This document shows, one piece after another, positions 12,661-24,245 of a stretch of 64,000 bases of DNA; the stretch's first letter is position 1; every line of letters begins with the position of its first letter. Under the pieces are notes generated by a model that was not told where the DNA came from, did not search any database, and worked only from the letters and a program-made list of their open reading frames with translations. The DNA is taken from NCBI RefSeq assembly GCF_009834535.1, contig NC_045728.1:1426001-1490000 (forward strand), in the 5' to 3' direction. Origin of the DNA: Camelus ferus (Eukaryota). The translations under genes were made by a program, and so were the position numbers.

Positions 12661-14303
12661 AGCTCTGAGGGTTTTCCAATTTTTTTTTTTTTAAACAATT
12701 CTAGGAGAGAATCTCAAAGAGCCTTTATAGATTTTTTTTTTTTTTGACTCGAGAACCATTTTGAATTGAGAAACCTGTGGTGCGTCCTTACCTTGAGACT
12801 CAAGATTTGTGTCTTTTTTTTCTTTTAACCTGAAGTACGCTTCCCTATTTTGCATCACGACCGTAATTCAAATTTACTGAATTCCCGTTTGTAATTTCTG
12901 TTAGCGCCTACCGTTTATGGACCACTGGTGGCAGGGAACTTTCAGACCTGATCTTCCCACAATGCTCTGCGTTTGGAGGGCTTTTATCCGCGTGGTCCGC
13001 AGCATCGCTCGGACCCTGGAACGCGGAAGCCCAGGTACCGTGACCTTTACCTTAAGGACGAGGGAACTGAAGTAAAGGCGTGGCGGGTGATTTGACGGAA
13101 GTGTGAGTTGGTGACACTTGTGACCCTGAAACACATATTCTGACTCCAAATCCGGTCTTGTTTCTGCGACACCACAGCTGCTGGAAGGCAGTTTCTGGCT
13201 CTGGGACGTCACACGCACTCTTCACACGGGGCCACCCGCGTGCCGACGTCTGGATGGCAGAGAGCTCACCGTCTCTTCAAGTTCCTGCCGTCTTGAACGG
13301 CTCTGACTTGGAAGGGCCCCCAGCTCAAAGTATGAGAAAGTGACTTTCAGTCCCCGATTCAGGACTGTTGCTGGACACCTGCTGGGCACCGGGGGCGCTC
13401 CCCCGCCAGTGGGAGCCCGACATCAGGGCGCCTGCGGCGGCCAGTGGGCTTGCTTCCGGGAGCCCTAAAAGCTGTGTCCTCTGAACACTAACAGCAGAGG
13501 CTGGGGGCCTGGGAGGGTCCAAGAAGGGAGAGATGGACGAGGGAAAGAGACACGGGAACTATCAGAGGGAGGGGAATGAGCTCGAGAACGCGAGGACCCG
13601 TGGGCGGTCACGGGCCTGCAGGACCGGGGGAGCCTGAGACGGATGAAGGAGAACTGAAGGAGTGGAGAGCGGGCAGCCACTTTTGCACAAGTACAGGAAA
13701 AGATTCCCTAGAGAGAGTGTAGTCAAAGGACGTGTGGTGTTTACGCCTGGAACCCGCTCAAGCGTATTAATTAATTGGAGTTGTTTTGGTGTCGTTACGG
13801 CTGTTCAGTACAGGAGGTTCCCACAGTTCCACTTGCTGTTTTCTTTGTTTGGCCACCAAATCCAAATGCCCGCAGGCCCTCCAGCCTCTGGGTACCAGGA
13901 GACCATGTTCCATCGGAGCCCAGGGACAGTCATGCAGTCCCCGGGGGTCACCCCGGGCGGTGGACACCCTGGCCCTGGAGCAGAGCGGCTCCCGTGCCCT
14001 GTTGGCCCCTCTCATTAACTTCCACGCGCTACCATGTGGTTCTGTGGCCACAGCCGCTCTCTGCTCGTGGCTGAGCGGGATGTCAGAGTACCGAGCCCCC
14101 GCTCTGCTGTGAGGGCAGAAACTGGCGGGCTGGGGAGGAGGGCCCATGGTTCATTCAAGCCTAACACTGCTCTCTGTAGGGACCCAAAACTGCGTCGTCA
14201 GGAAGGACGTGAACACACTCACCCTGCTGCATCCTCACCACCATCTCTAATTTCCACCAAACGGAGTAAGTTCACTCGTTCCTCTGTTGAAAGCTCCTGT
14301 GTA

Positions 14304-14572
14304 CAGTTGACCCTTGAACAATGTGGCTTGAAATGTGTAGGTCCACTTTTACGTGGATGTTTTTAAATAAAAACACAGTTGTCCTCCTTATCTGAGGGTT
14401 CCTCACCTGCAGATTCAGCCAGCAAGGACCGGGTGTTAGGTTTCCATCCGCGGTTGGCTGAATCCCAGGGTGCAGCACCCTCAGACAAGAAGGCTCAGCT
14501 CTGAAACTTGAGCACCTGCGGAAGCTGGTGTCTGTGGCGGGTCCTGGAAACTCGGATACCGAGGAACGACTG
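14304..14572. mobile_element. TcMar-Tigger family non-autonomous DNA transposon (Tigger3/MER2-like)
   Basis: Starts TA|cagttgacccttgaacaa (Tigger terminus) and ends cggataccgaggaacgactg. An internal cagttgtcctccttatctgag at about 14376 mirrors that right end. Confidence 0.75.
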
Positions 14573-15547
14573 TGTATATTCATTTATGCCACTGTATTTC
14601 TGGTCACCGCCAACGACCAGACTGGATGCAGGAATGAGCTCTGGGGGTTCAGGATTACCTGCTGCAAACACGCTGAAGGCCCGGGGGTGCCCCTTGCAGC
14701 CCACCTGCATGCGGCGAGGGTCTGACCTACAGTGAGCGTCCTGTGAAGCAGAAGCTGACCCGCCGCCAGCAGAGGTGCGTGCACTGTTTGCGGGGAGTCA
14801 TCCTGAAAGGGGGGGGATGCCTTCTGGCGAGAAAATATGTCCTTAACCTCAAAGAAATGTCTTAGTGTCACCATGCAGGCTGAGGTTTTGCATGAAGGGT
14901 TAGCTTTACATTGTATAATCTTTTATAAAAGAATAGCCTGGAAACTTTAGGTCACTCTTGTGTCTAAGGATTTGAAGTATTTTAATCCAAAGAGAAAAGC
15001 TTTCAGGAAGAGTTTAGCTGTCAGGGGATTTTTTTTTGTTTTGTTGTTTTTGTCTGTACCTCTCAGGAATGAGGCAGGGGAAGGTTAGCATCGCCCAGGA
15101 AATGGGCCCCACTAAAATCTTCTTCATACGCCTTGAAGTTACAGGATCGTCCGCCAAATCCCGCATACCCTCGCGGCCGCGTCCTTAGAGCTCTGCGGCC
15201 TGGCTGCAGCAGCTGGGCCACAGCAGTGGGAAAAGCCCCGGGCTTGGCACTTGCCTGTTCCTAAATTTAACCCCAACAAGCAGTTTGACCTTTGAGAAGC
15301 CGTCGCCGCCCTTTCTCTTGCTCTCAGTTTCTTTACGTGAGAATAAAGGAGTCGGATGTGAAGGGCCTCAGGACCCTCCCACCCTCCCCGCTGTGAATCC
15401 TGAGGGGCTTGCGATCCCGCTTTTGTTGGTGGGAACCCCAGATGCTCTGGGATGTTTCACAACAAAGCCAGACTTGAAGTTGACAACGCGCTGGGTGACC
15501 CGAACTCGGTCTCCGTCTGTGCGCACACGTATTTAAGGCACACGGCA

Positions 15548-15557
15548 CCTTAAATGG
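15548..15557. promoter_or_regulatory. Perfect CArG box (SRF consensus CC(A/T)6GG): CCTTAAATGG
   Basis: Exact consensus match, 122 bp upstream of a TATTTAAA element. Function is inferred only. Confidence 0.45.
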
Positions 15558-15678
15558 AGAAGTGCCAAGAACAGCCGGGCGCTTTAAAAAATACTAGTAT
15601 TAAAAGGAATAATTAGTATGTAGAAGAGTTATCTGTGAGATGCGTTGTTTGCTGAAATCACAGTGCCCCCTTGCCGGC

Positions 15679-15734
15679 TATTTAAAGACCAGATTCTTCT
15701 AGGTTCTTGACTGCCTTTGATTGCCATGGTAAGT
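15679..15734 (+). promoter_or_regulatory. Candidate TATA-like box plus short first exon ending in a start codon (GCCATG|gtaagt)
   Basis: TATTTAAA at 15679-15686, GCCATG with ATG at 15726-15728, then a consensus donor gtaagt at 15729-15734. Host gene not recognised. Confidence 0.4.
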
Positions 15735-16039
15735 TGCAAAATTGGTAAACATATGAGTTAGAAGTGATTACTCATCCAGGTTAAGAGTATATTCAAACTG
15801 ATGTAATTTTACTTGAAGACATTGTTTAAAGAGGAACAAAGGGATAAATACATGACAGTATCCAGCAGAATTAAACTCATTTTCAGACCTGAGTTAGCTA
15901 GCCTGGGGGGGGGCAAGACTAGCAAAATGCCATAGTTAGTAGACAGACTGCTCTGCACCGGATTGTGTGACGTGCATCCACACAGACGTGTGTGCGCGAG
16001 AGGGCGTGTGCGTGTGCTTGTGAGCACGTGTGCACACGT

Positions 16040-16200
16040 ACGAATACACAGTTACCCTGAATGCTCAGTACAGCCCTAACATATAGGAGTTATTTTCCTA
16101 TTTTTCAATTAAGGAAACTGAGTCACAGGTGACCACCTGGCGCCCCTCGACTAGGAAGTGAACAAGCCAGAACCGAAGCGAGTGCCTGACCCAGAAGTTT
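16040..16200 (-). mobile_element. MIR SINE remnant
   Basis: ttattttcctatttttcaattaaggaaactgagtcacag matches reverse MIR core 'tatccccattttacagatgaggaaactgaggcacag'. Confidence 0.65.
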
Positions 16201-16289
16201 CCTGTTTTCACATTAGACCCCGTGTTCTCAAGGAAGAGCCTGGCTGTGGAACATCCTGGAGGCTGCTGTTTGGAAACTGTTCGATTTAA

Positions 16290-16400
16290 CTTAAATAAGA
16301 CAAGCAAGCTGTTTAACATTTGGAGCCTTGATTTCCTCAGCTGTAAATGGAGGGGTGAAACTAGCTGCCTCGGGGCACCGTCAGCGGGGCTCCGCGTGAT
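16290..16400 (+). mobile_element. MIR SINE remnant
   Basis: gcaagctgtttaacatttggagccttgatttcctcagctgtaaatggaggggtga matches the MIR core. Confidence 0.65.
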
Positions 16401-18278
16401 TCAGGGATGAGGACGCCAGGCCAAGTTCCCGGCGGGCCATCGGCGGGGCCGGTGTGTCGGCCGCACTTCCTCCAGCCCCCCTGGACTTGGGCCTTTCATT
16501 CTAGAAAAAAAATTGGCTTATACCTCCAAGAAATAAGACAATACTTGCCAAATGCCTTCGGTTGTGTTACAGCTTTTATTTACCGAATTCCAAAGCTGGT
16601 TGAGGTAAGGAGTGTGCGATCTTCCGTGGACAGTGACGGTTAACCGTCGAGCTCAAGAATTAGGGTCCCAGGGCCTTCAGTGCTGCCGGGAGCTCAAAGG
16701 GCTTGGTTGTTAAATTCAACTCTGGGAAAAGTGCCCCGGAGCTTTGCCTTCCTGCTGCCTCGGTCCCTCCAGCCTGAGCCCGTCTTCCTCTAGGGCCTCT
16801 GAGAGGAAAGCCGTCCTCTTGTTGGACTCGCCTTGAATCCAGACGCCACAGACCGCCCCTGCTCTCACCACACGTCCTGTCCCGATACGGGCCTTGGGGG
16901 ACAGGCCTGCCATGTTACCCTGTCGACAAGGGCAGGAGACTTAATCAGGTTATCACAGTGTGCCTCTCTGCTGTGACTGGAGCACTCCCTTTTATAAAAA
17001 GCCACGCCCAACAGTGTCCCATTTAAGACTCAGCTCCCGAATAAGGCAAGTGGGCCGTGAGGCAGTGGACGCTAAGCGGAACTCGAGTCTCCAGATGGAC
17101 ACGGGGCCCGCAGGCCTTTGTTCTGTCTCAGGTTCAGGAACAGGAGGACCTTGCATGTGTCTGGGCGACCAAGGTCTCAGAAGCTGAATGCCGTCACCAG
17201 ACAGCCCGCCAGGCCCCTCCGGCTCCCGGACAGTCAGCTTTTAAAAATATCTACTTACATAATCATGTCTTCGCTCCCCGACGCTGCCCTGCGTCTGCCA
17301 AATTCAGGCTTTCCTGAGTTAATGCACCTGATGAATTAACCTTTCAGGGAGCCTGATGAAGTGCTGTCTGGTGGCCGGCGGCCTGGCTTCAGCGTCTCGT
17401 CTGTCTGCACAGCACCGTTCACTTGGATACGTGTTTGAGTGTTTCATGGGAGCTTCCCTTTATCTTTAGAGTCAATGGAACGTGGAACCTGAAAGAACAA
17501 GGGCTAGGGTTAGGTGGTGGGGGCCACAGCTCTGGGGGCTGAGGGAGGCGGGCGGTGAGCAGGCACGCCGGAAACTGCACACTTTGCAGAGTGAAGAGCG
17601 CGTGGAGCACTGCGAGCCCGGTGCTGAAGACGGTCTGTGCGGCGCGACGTGTGTCGAGGGACACGACGCCGCTTGTGTGGTTTTCTCTCGCAATCACCTC
17701 TTAGAAAGAGCAAGCCTGTTTCTGATGCTTAACACTAGGCCTTCTTGGGGGGCCGTTCAGAAAGCTGTGTCTGGCGAGGTGGGGTTCGGTCTGTAGCTGT
17801 CGAGGTCCGCTTGCCCTGGACAGTCCAGGTCTTCGCGGGACACAGACGCCGCCCGGGGAGCTTTCCTGCATAGAGAAGGTTGCTCTCATTTCCGAAGCCC
17901 AGACAAGTTTCCTCGTGGCTGAAGAGCGCGGGTCGGATACGAGCTCCAGCGGACACGCGCGGTGTGGGTCTGGGACCCAGTTACCTTGGACCCTGCTTCC
18001 CTTCCTCAGCACAGTCCAGACAGTTGAATCCTTCACTAGTTCTTGTGTTGGGAGGTTTTCCTTCTGATACAGAACCTGCTTTTAAGCGTGGCGACCTAAA
18101 CTCTTCCCGGGAGAAGTCACACCTCTGAAGCTCTGTTACCCTTGGTCCTTGATGCTGGTTTCGGACGCACGTGCTCCCTGACTGTGGTCCACGGGGTGAC
18201 TCTCCCGCCCCCTCCCTCCCCAGGGAGGTGAGCTTTCACGTGTCGTCCTGGTCCTCCTCCTCCTTGTCGTTGTTAGAT

Positions 18279-18708
18279 ATTTTATTTTACTTTTTTATTG
18301 AAGTACAGTTGACGTACAACATCATGTTGGTTTCGAGTGCACCGCACAGCGATTTGACACTTGAATGCGCTCCGACGTGATCTCCACGGTTAGTCTAGGA
18401 ACCACGTGTCCCCGTGCAGAACACTGCGGCGTTACTGACCGCACCTTCCTGCCACGCAACACACCCCCGTTTACTATGCCGCGGGAACGTTTGTGCCTGT
18501 GAATCCCCTGCACCTGCTTCCCCCTCCCCCACCCCCCTGGCAGCCCCCTGTTTGCTCTCTGTTTCTGTGAGTCTGTTTCAGCCTTGTTTAGTTTGTCCAT
18601 TTGTTTTGGGTTTTAGTTTCCACGTATAACTGAGATTATACAGTGCTTGTCTTTCTCTGTCTGACTTACTTCTTTTAGCACAGTACCTCCTAGAGCATCC
18701 ATGTTGCC
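18279..18708 (-). mobile_element. LINE-1 3' end (L1MA9/laurasiatherian type), GC-shifted
   Basis: ttttttattgaagtacagttgacgtacaac ... gtttccacgtataactgagattatacagtgcttgtctttctctgtctgacttacttc ... catccatgttg matches the reverse L1 3'UTR and ORF2 C-terminus. Confidence 0.85.
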
Positions 18709-18719
18709 ATTTATTTATC

Positions 18720-19620
18720 AGTTGCTTTTTTTTTTCCATCTCTCTGATCTGTTCTTCTGTGTCCTGTAATCTATGGGTCCCCCCCCCCCCCGCAGAGTTG
18801 CTTTGCTCGTCGGCTCTGATTGGTTCCTCTTCCCATTTGCTAGCCCCCGGTAAACGTCTCACTTGTCCGCTCGTTACTGTCCCCAGTCCTCTGAGCACTC
18901 CCGTGGTCGTCACCAGGAACTCCTCATCAGGGCCACGGTGAGACTGCTCACCTCCACTTTGGTTAGTTCTTTCCGTCTGAGGCTTTGCCTTCCTCTTTCA
19001 TTTGGAACACGGTCCTCTGCTGCTTCATGCGGCCCGGTTCTTTCCGTTTACTTTCATGTGCTGGGCAGGCGAGTCACTTCTGCTGCCCGCGGAGACCTGG
19101 TTTTGGCAGGAGACGTCGATGGGACGTGGCGGCAAGCTCCAGTCTGGCCCCCAGGGCTGGTTGTTCCAGGAACGCCCTCTTTGCGGGCTGCGTGTGCCCT
19201 TCTGTTGTGTCAGGGCCAGGTGGGTGAGCTGGTAGGCAAGTCACTGGCGTGGAGTCTCTGTTCCCTGTAGCCTCCCGGCTCCCCCAGACGTAAGCCCCCT
19301 GGTTTTTGAAGCCTAACGTCCTGGTGGCTCATGTTCACAGAACAAGACCTGCAGGCGGGGTGCCTGCTATGGGGCTCAGGCCCCTCACTCTGCCCTTGGG
19401 ACGTCCCTCCTGTTTGCGGGTCGCTGCCCCGGGCGTGGGTCCTGCCTAGGGCGTGTCTCCCCCTACGCCCACCGCACCGCGGCGCCGTCTGTGCATCGTC
19501 AGCTGTGGGGACTCTTTTCTGCCGGCCTCCCTGTCACTCGCACGACGGCTGCTCTGCGAGTAGCTGCAGTCTCCTGTGCCCTGGGAGGAGGGTCTTCCTC
19601 CTCTGCCATCTTGACGCCCC
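18720..19620 (-). mobile_element. LINE-1 5' end (5'UTR and ORF1 remnant)
   Basis: Minus strand encodes HRLQDTEEQIREMEKKK, resembling the ORF1p coiled coil 'RLxxxEExIxELEDR'. ctctttcatttggaacac and gggctgcgtgtgcccttctgttgtg match old L1 5' consensus. Ends with the typical ctctgccatcttg. Confidence 0.65.
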
Positions 19621-20784
19621 CACCCCCAACATATTATCATTTTAAATCACAAGAATTCAGCTTCTTTACTTAATGTTGTTTCCTAGTGTGGTTCATGCAA
19701 ATTGAAAAATGAAATAAAGTAAATATTCATATTTCCGAGAGAAACTCAACCCATTAGAGGGAAAAGGTGGACCTATGCAATATTTAAGTTAATCGAAGTC
19801 AGATATTCTTGGCCCAGAGAAGCAAGAGGACCTAGAGGTTCTCTTCTGAGTCCCAGGAATGCCTGTATTAACAGTGCTGCTTAGCGCTCTCTGCGTTTCT
19901 TTGCCGCGTCAACCCCTAGTCAGACGCGTGTATGTCAGTTATGGGACGGTCACAGTGGCCGCTGGGTTAGGTGTGAGTGCGACTAGATTTGCACTGATGG
20001 AGCTTTGTATTCAAAACCACTCATGCATGTACTTCAGTTAACAGGGGAAGAATCCATAATCCCCACGTGTGGATGTTGGAAAGGAGGCTCTGACGGCTAA
20101 ATGCTGCTGACAGAGTCAGGGCTCGGGTTCAGGGTTCTGAGACCAAAGCCGACGTTCCTCCCGTCGTTGTGGAGGAAGGCCCTGCGGGAAGTCTCCTGGG
20201 TTGGGCGGGGCCCCCGCAGCCCTGTGCGGAGGGCCAGAACCTCTCCTTGTGGGCTCCTGACTGCCCTTCCCTCTTTCTCAGCCGTGCTTAGCAACAAATC
20301 ATCGTTTCCAAGGGCACACGTGCATTTTTTGAGGCAGAACAAGGAAGGGATGGCTGAGGAGGCCGCAAACACCTGCTGTCAGACCGGAGTGGGGTCTGCA
20401 GGAGTTTCACGAGGGAAAGAAGGACGGCCCCGTGTCGGGGCAACTGTAAGAGAGAAGGGAATCCGGGGACACTGCCGGAGCTGGGAGGGGACATCCAAGT
20501 AGCCGGAGAAGGGCCCGAGCCGGCGCGTCGCGTGGGTCGGCCGTGGATGTGAGTGTGTGTGCTGCGTGCTGCTCTGTGTGTTAACACAGAGAAAACGAGA
20601 CACGTGTGCCCTTCCTTCCAGCTCCCCTCGGCCGTTGGCTGTTTGCACACGTGTGTGTGCAGGCACGTGAGACCCCTGACTCCATCTGCCTTCACGTAAC
20701 CCACACTGTCCCCTCAGGAGGGCAGCGCTACCCTCACTCCTCAGGTGCCTGGGCCCAACCCCCACGGCTTCCCAGGAGTTAGAT

Positions 20785-21290
20785 CAGCGAGTTTCCCTCT
20801 TGTTGGTCTCAGGGCCCCTTTAGGCACTTAAGACGACTGAGGGCCCCAAAGAGCTTTTATTCGCGTGGGCCATACCTGTCCGCGTGTCCACACTGGAGAG
20901 CTGAGGGAAAAATTCACGCCTATGCATTCATTTAAAGTAAAAAATAAGATCCCATTGGATGTTAACCTAGCACGTTTTTATGAAAACTTGCTGTGTTGTG
21001 TTCTAGTAAATTGGTGAGGACAGTGACGCTACTTTTTGAGAATCCCTTCGCACGCAGCTGCGTTCTCTAATCTGCCTCTGGGATTAATCTGTTGTGATGT
21101 CTCATTTTGTTCTAAGTATTTAAGAGATAATGTTGCTCCACATAGATCACATTTGTGAAGGAAAGAGTATTTGAATAGACTTTAAAGAGAATTGTGGCTC
21201 TTCTTTGATACTATACCAAAACTCAGCAAGTGGCGACCTCTGAGAGAGTCCTTGCCGTGTGAAGTCAGCTACGGCGTCTAACCCTGTTAC
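20785..21290. mobile_element. hAT-Charlie DNA transposon fragment (Charlie1-like)
   Basis: ggtctcagggcccctttaggcacttaagacgactgagggccccaaagagctttt ... ctttgatactataccaaaactcagcaagtgg matches recalled Charlie1 'ggtctcaggacccctttacactcttaaaaattattgaggaccccaaagagctttt ... tgatactacaccaaaactcgacaagtgg'. Confidence 0.7.
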
Positions 21291-21299
21291 CGTCAAAAC

Positions 21300-21368
21300 C
21301 CGCCGGTCTTGTCTGTACTCTTTGCAACTTCCTGTGAATCTGTAAGTACTTTGAAATAAATGTTCTTA
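21300..21368 (+). mobile_element. Old L1M 3' tail
   Basis: tctgtactctttgcaacttcctgtgaatctgtaagtactttgaaataaa is a typical L1M terminal segment with a polyA signal. Confidence 0.55.
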
Positions 21369-21369
21369 A

Positions 21370-22172
21370 ATTAGGCAAACATTTGAACAGACTTTCCCCC
21401 ACAGAATACGTATGAATGGTAAATCAGCAAAGGAAGAAAGCTCGACATCATTACTCGTTAGGGAAATGTAAGTCAAAATCGCTGTGTGACTAGAACTCGC
21501 ACCCGCTGGTGTAGCGGGAAGACCTCGGACAGGAACAGGCATTAGGAAGGACGTAGAGAAACTGAACCCTCAGTTATCCCTGGAACTCGGCGCAGCTGCT
21601 GTGGGAACCAGGACGGTGGTTCCTCCAAAAAATATGCGTAGAATTACTCTCTGAGCCAGCAATTCAGCTCCTGTCTAATCACTCAGGAGGAACGAAAGCT
21701 CGTGACAAAGACTTGTGTGCAGGTGTTCACAGCAGCGCCATTCAGGGCAGCCCAAGGCGGAGACCATTCGAGCGTCTGTTGGCGAGTGGAAGGATAAAAT
21801 GCGGCCTGCCCACGGCAGCGTGCTCTTTGACAGTAAAAAAGAATGGCGTGTGACACATGGGACGATGTATATGAGCCTCGAAAACGTTGTAATAAGTGGC
21901 AGAAGCGAGTCACGAATCACACAGACGTCATCGTTCTGTCTGCGGAAGGTACAGCCGCAGAAGGCTGCCCCGTGGAGAGAAAGAAGGTTAGTGCTTCGTG
22001 CTGGGGGCAGGGGTAGGGGGTCACTGTAAACAGGAACGAGCTTGCATTCTGGGGTGAAGGAAGTGTCCTGAAACGAGGTTCTGGTGACAGTGGCTCAACT
22101 CTGCACATCTACTTAAATGCACTGAATTGTGTACTTACAAGGGTGAGTTTTACGCCAACTAAATTTCATCTC
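21370..22172 (+). mobile_element. Old LINE-1 3' portion (L1MB-like), GC-shifted
   Basis: aaacatttgaacagacttt...catcattactcgttagggaaatgtaagtcaaaa...ccagcaattcagctcctg...aatgcactgaattgtgtactta...aaatttcatctcag matches the L1 ORF2 end and 3'UTR. Confidence 0.8.
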
Positions 22173-22553
22173 AGTAGCCATCAGCGGATCTGCCCTGCAC
22201 TTGGGTGTCTCAGCATGCCCAGTCGTATAAAATCGCAGAGTGCTCGTTTGGGAAATATTGATTGAAAAGTTACATGGATCTTGGAAATATTGACACGTTT
22301 CATGATTCGTTATAAACACTCCTTTTAACAGCCCCAGTCTCATCTGAAAGGTCTCTTTAAATATTTGGAAGCTGTCAAGCTCGAGGTGACATATTCAAGT
22401 TTCCCCAAATCCTTATTTTCCCCATGAAAGCTCAAATCGTATCACTGGCCATAAATAACACCAACTGTTTTCCTTGAAGTGACACTTCATTCGTTTCTGG
22501 GAAAACGCCTGTGAGATACCAATTCTGAATAACCATCGTTTGTCTGTCTCCAG

Positions 22554-22590
22554 ATCATTCAAGGAAAAATAGTGTGTCTTGAAGAATGCA
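22554..22590 (+). other. Candidate 37-nt spliced exon (IIQGKIVCLEEC in phase 0)
   Basis: Acceptor tttgtctgtctccag and donor GCA|gtaagt. Only the phase-0 frame is free of stops. No protein homology recognised. Confidence 0.3.
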
Positions 22591-22639
22591 GTAAGTTCAG
22601 CTCACAGCTCAAGCCCTCACACGACCGCTTCTCTCCTGC

Positions 22640-22745
22640 CGCAGTGGTTTTGTTAAAGGCCAGTGAGTAAACGTGCCAGGGCCTGTGGGCCACGCGAGGC
22701 CAGGCCGGACGTGGCCCAGGGCCGCAGCCCGCCAGCCGCCGCACC
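22640..22745 (-). mobile_element. Internally deleted MER58-type hAT MITE
   Basis: ttgttaaaggccagtgagtaaac...tgtgggccac joins directly to ggccggacgtggcccagggccgcagcccgcc. These are the two MER58 ends with the middle missing. Confidence 0.55.
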
Positions 22746-24205
22746 TAGATAGGCCTCGTTCCTGGCTGTGCAGAGGGCTGGGGTGCGCCTCCTCTTTTTC
22801 ATGCAGACTGTTAAAAATATGTACAGTTGAAGGTCAAGATACATTAAAATTGCTCACTTCCATTGCTTCACCAATTACATTCTTAAGTGATGTGGACATT
22901 CTTTTCTTTTTCTTCTTCCTCTTCTTGGTTTTCTCCCCCCGCCCTTTTTTTTAACCGCGCAGGCGTGGCGGTGAGGGCCGCGGGGATGGACAAGACACGT
23001 GGGTGCCCCTGCTTGCCTTCGTGCGAGGCCAGATGTGTCAGCCACCGCTGCTTTTCCACCTCTGCTGCGCAGGCTAACACAATGAACAAGAGAAATAATG
23101 TCGTAGGATTATTCTGAGCACCGGTGGCCGCACAGACCCTCCGAGAAAGCCTGGGGCCCCCGGGCCAGCAGCCCACACCTGGAGGCTGCGGGTCTGAGCG
23201 CCTGTCCCTCCTTCCTCCCCGTCACGTGCCTCGTGGGGAGCAGGCCACGGAGAGCGGCCCCCGGCCGACTTCAGCTCAGAAAGGGCCAGGGCGCTGTTCT
23301 TGGGCAAGGCACTGGTTTCGCCTTTCTGAATGTCCCCTCGTCCATCAGGTGGGGGTGGTAACAGTACCCACGCGTGGTGTTGGCGGTGCCGTTTAAGATG
23401 AAGTGAGACTTCAAGCAGCACACGTAGCAGCGTGCTGGGGACAGTAACCACTTTGTTGTCAGTTACGCTGTTTTTTTTCTATGTTATGAGTTTGTTTCCT
23501 TTGTGCTGTTAATTATGTGCATGGAGGAAACACTATGCTCAGAGTGAACGCTCTTCCTGGTAGACTTTTAGGCACGGGAAGGGGAAGGCAGGGGCGTCTA
23601 CTGGAGCGGGGCTGTCGGCGCTGGGCCCTCCAGCAGAGGCCCTGAGGAACGGCAGCCCCAAGCCCTCGGAACCTGGGGTTCTGCATCGTATTTTAAGCGC
23701 TAGACCCCTTTGACATACACTTAGGATCACAAAGGAAGCCGATTGTATTAGAATGCAGTTATCAAAGTGATCTGAAGGGTGATGGGGCTTGTGCCTCATG
23801 ATTAATGCATTACATAAAATCTCGCCGTGAGTCTAACATAAATTTGAAGACATGTGGGGTGAAAATGGGTATTTCAAGATATTGGCAACAAGTGAAATAC
23901 AATGTGAGACTAACTGATTTCTCCCAGTGTTGGAGCCGCGGGCACTGCCCACACGGCCGGGACAGGTCCCCCCATCCATAAATAAGCGAGAGGCTGCACT
24001 GCATCAGAGGGCAGGGGAGGAAGTGCATCCCCCGCTGAAACCAACGGACCCCCTTGAATTCTGCTCACAGACCTCTTGGGGGAGGGGCGGTCCCCGGACC
24101 CTGGGTTAATAACCTCTATGCAGCGTTACCTCCTTTGGCTGTTTATTTATTTATTTACCTGTAGTTAGAAAGGATATTAAAAGTAGGGGGAAAAAAAGTG
24201 CTGGA

Positions 24206-24245
24206 GAATTGTCACTGGTCTGGCGAATTGTCACTGGTCTGGCGA
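24206..24245. repeat. Perfect 19-bp tandem duplication (gaattgtcactggtctggc)x2
   Basis: Read directly from the sequence. Confidence 0.95.

Noticed and set aside
12921-12935. CTCF-like motifs here and near 6650, 13387 and 14766
   Set aside because: Each is off by an insertion, deletion or core mismatch from the CCAC/GCAGGGGGCGC-type consensus. Such near-matches are common in GC-rich DNA.
14919-14932. 14-bp palindrome TCTTTTATAAAAGA
   Set aside because: Low-complexity AT palindrome of a length expected occasionally in 64 kb.
15530-15740. Assigning a gene symbol to the candidate muscle promoter
   Set aside because: I recognise no downstream coding exon in the window, so naming a gene would be a guess.
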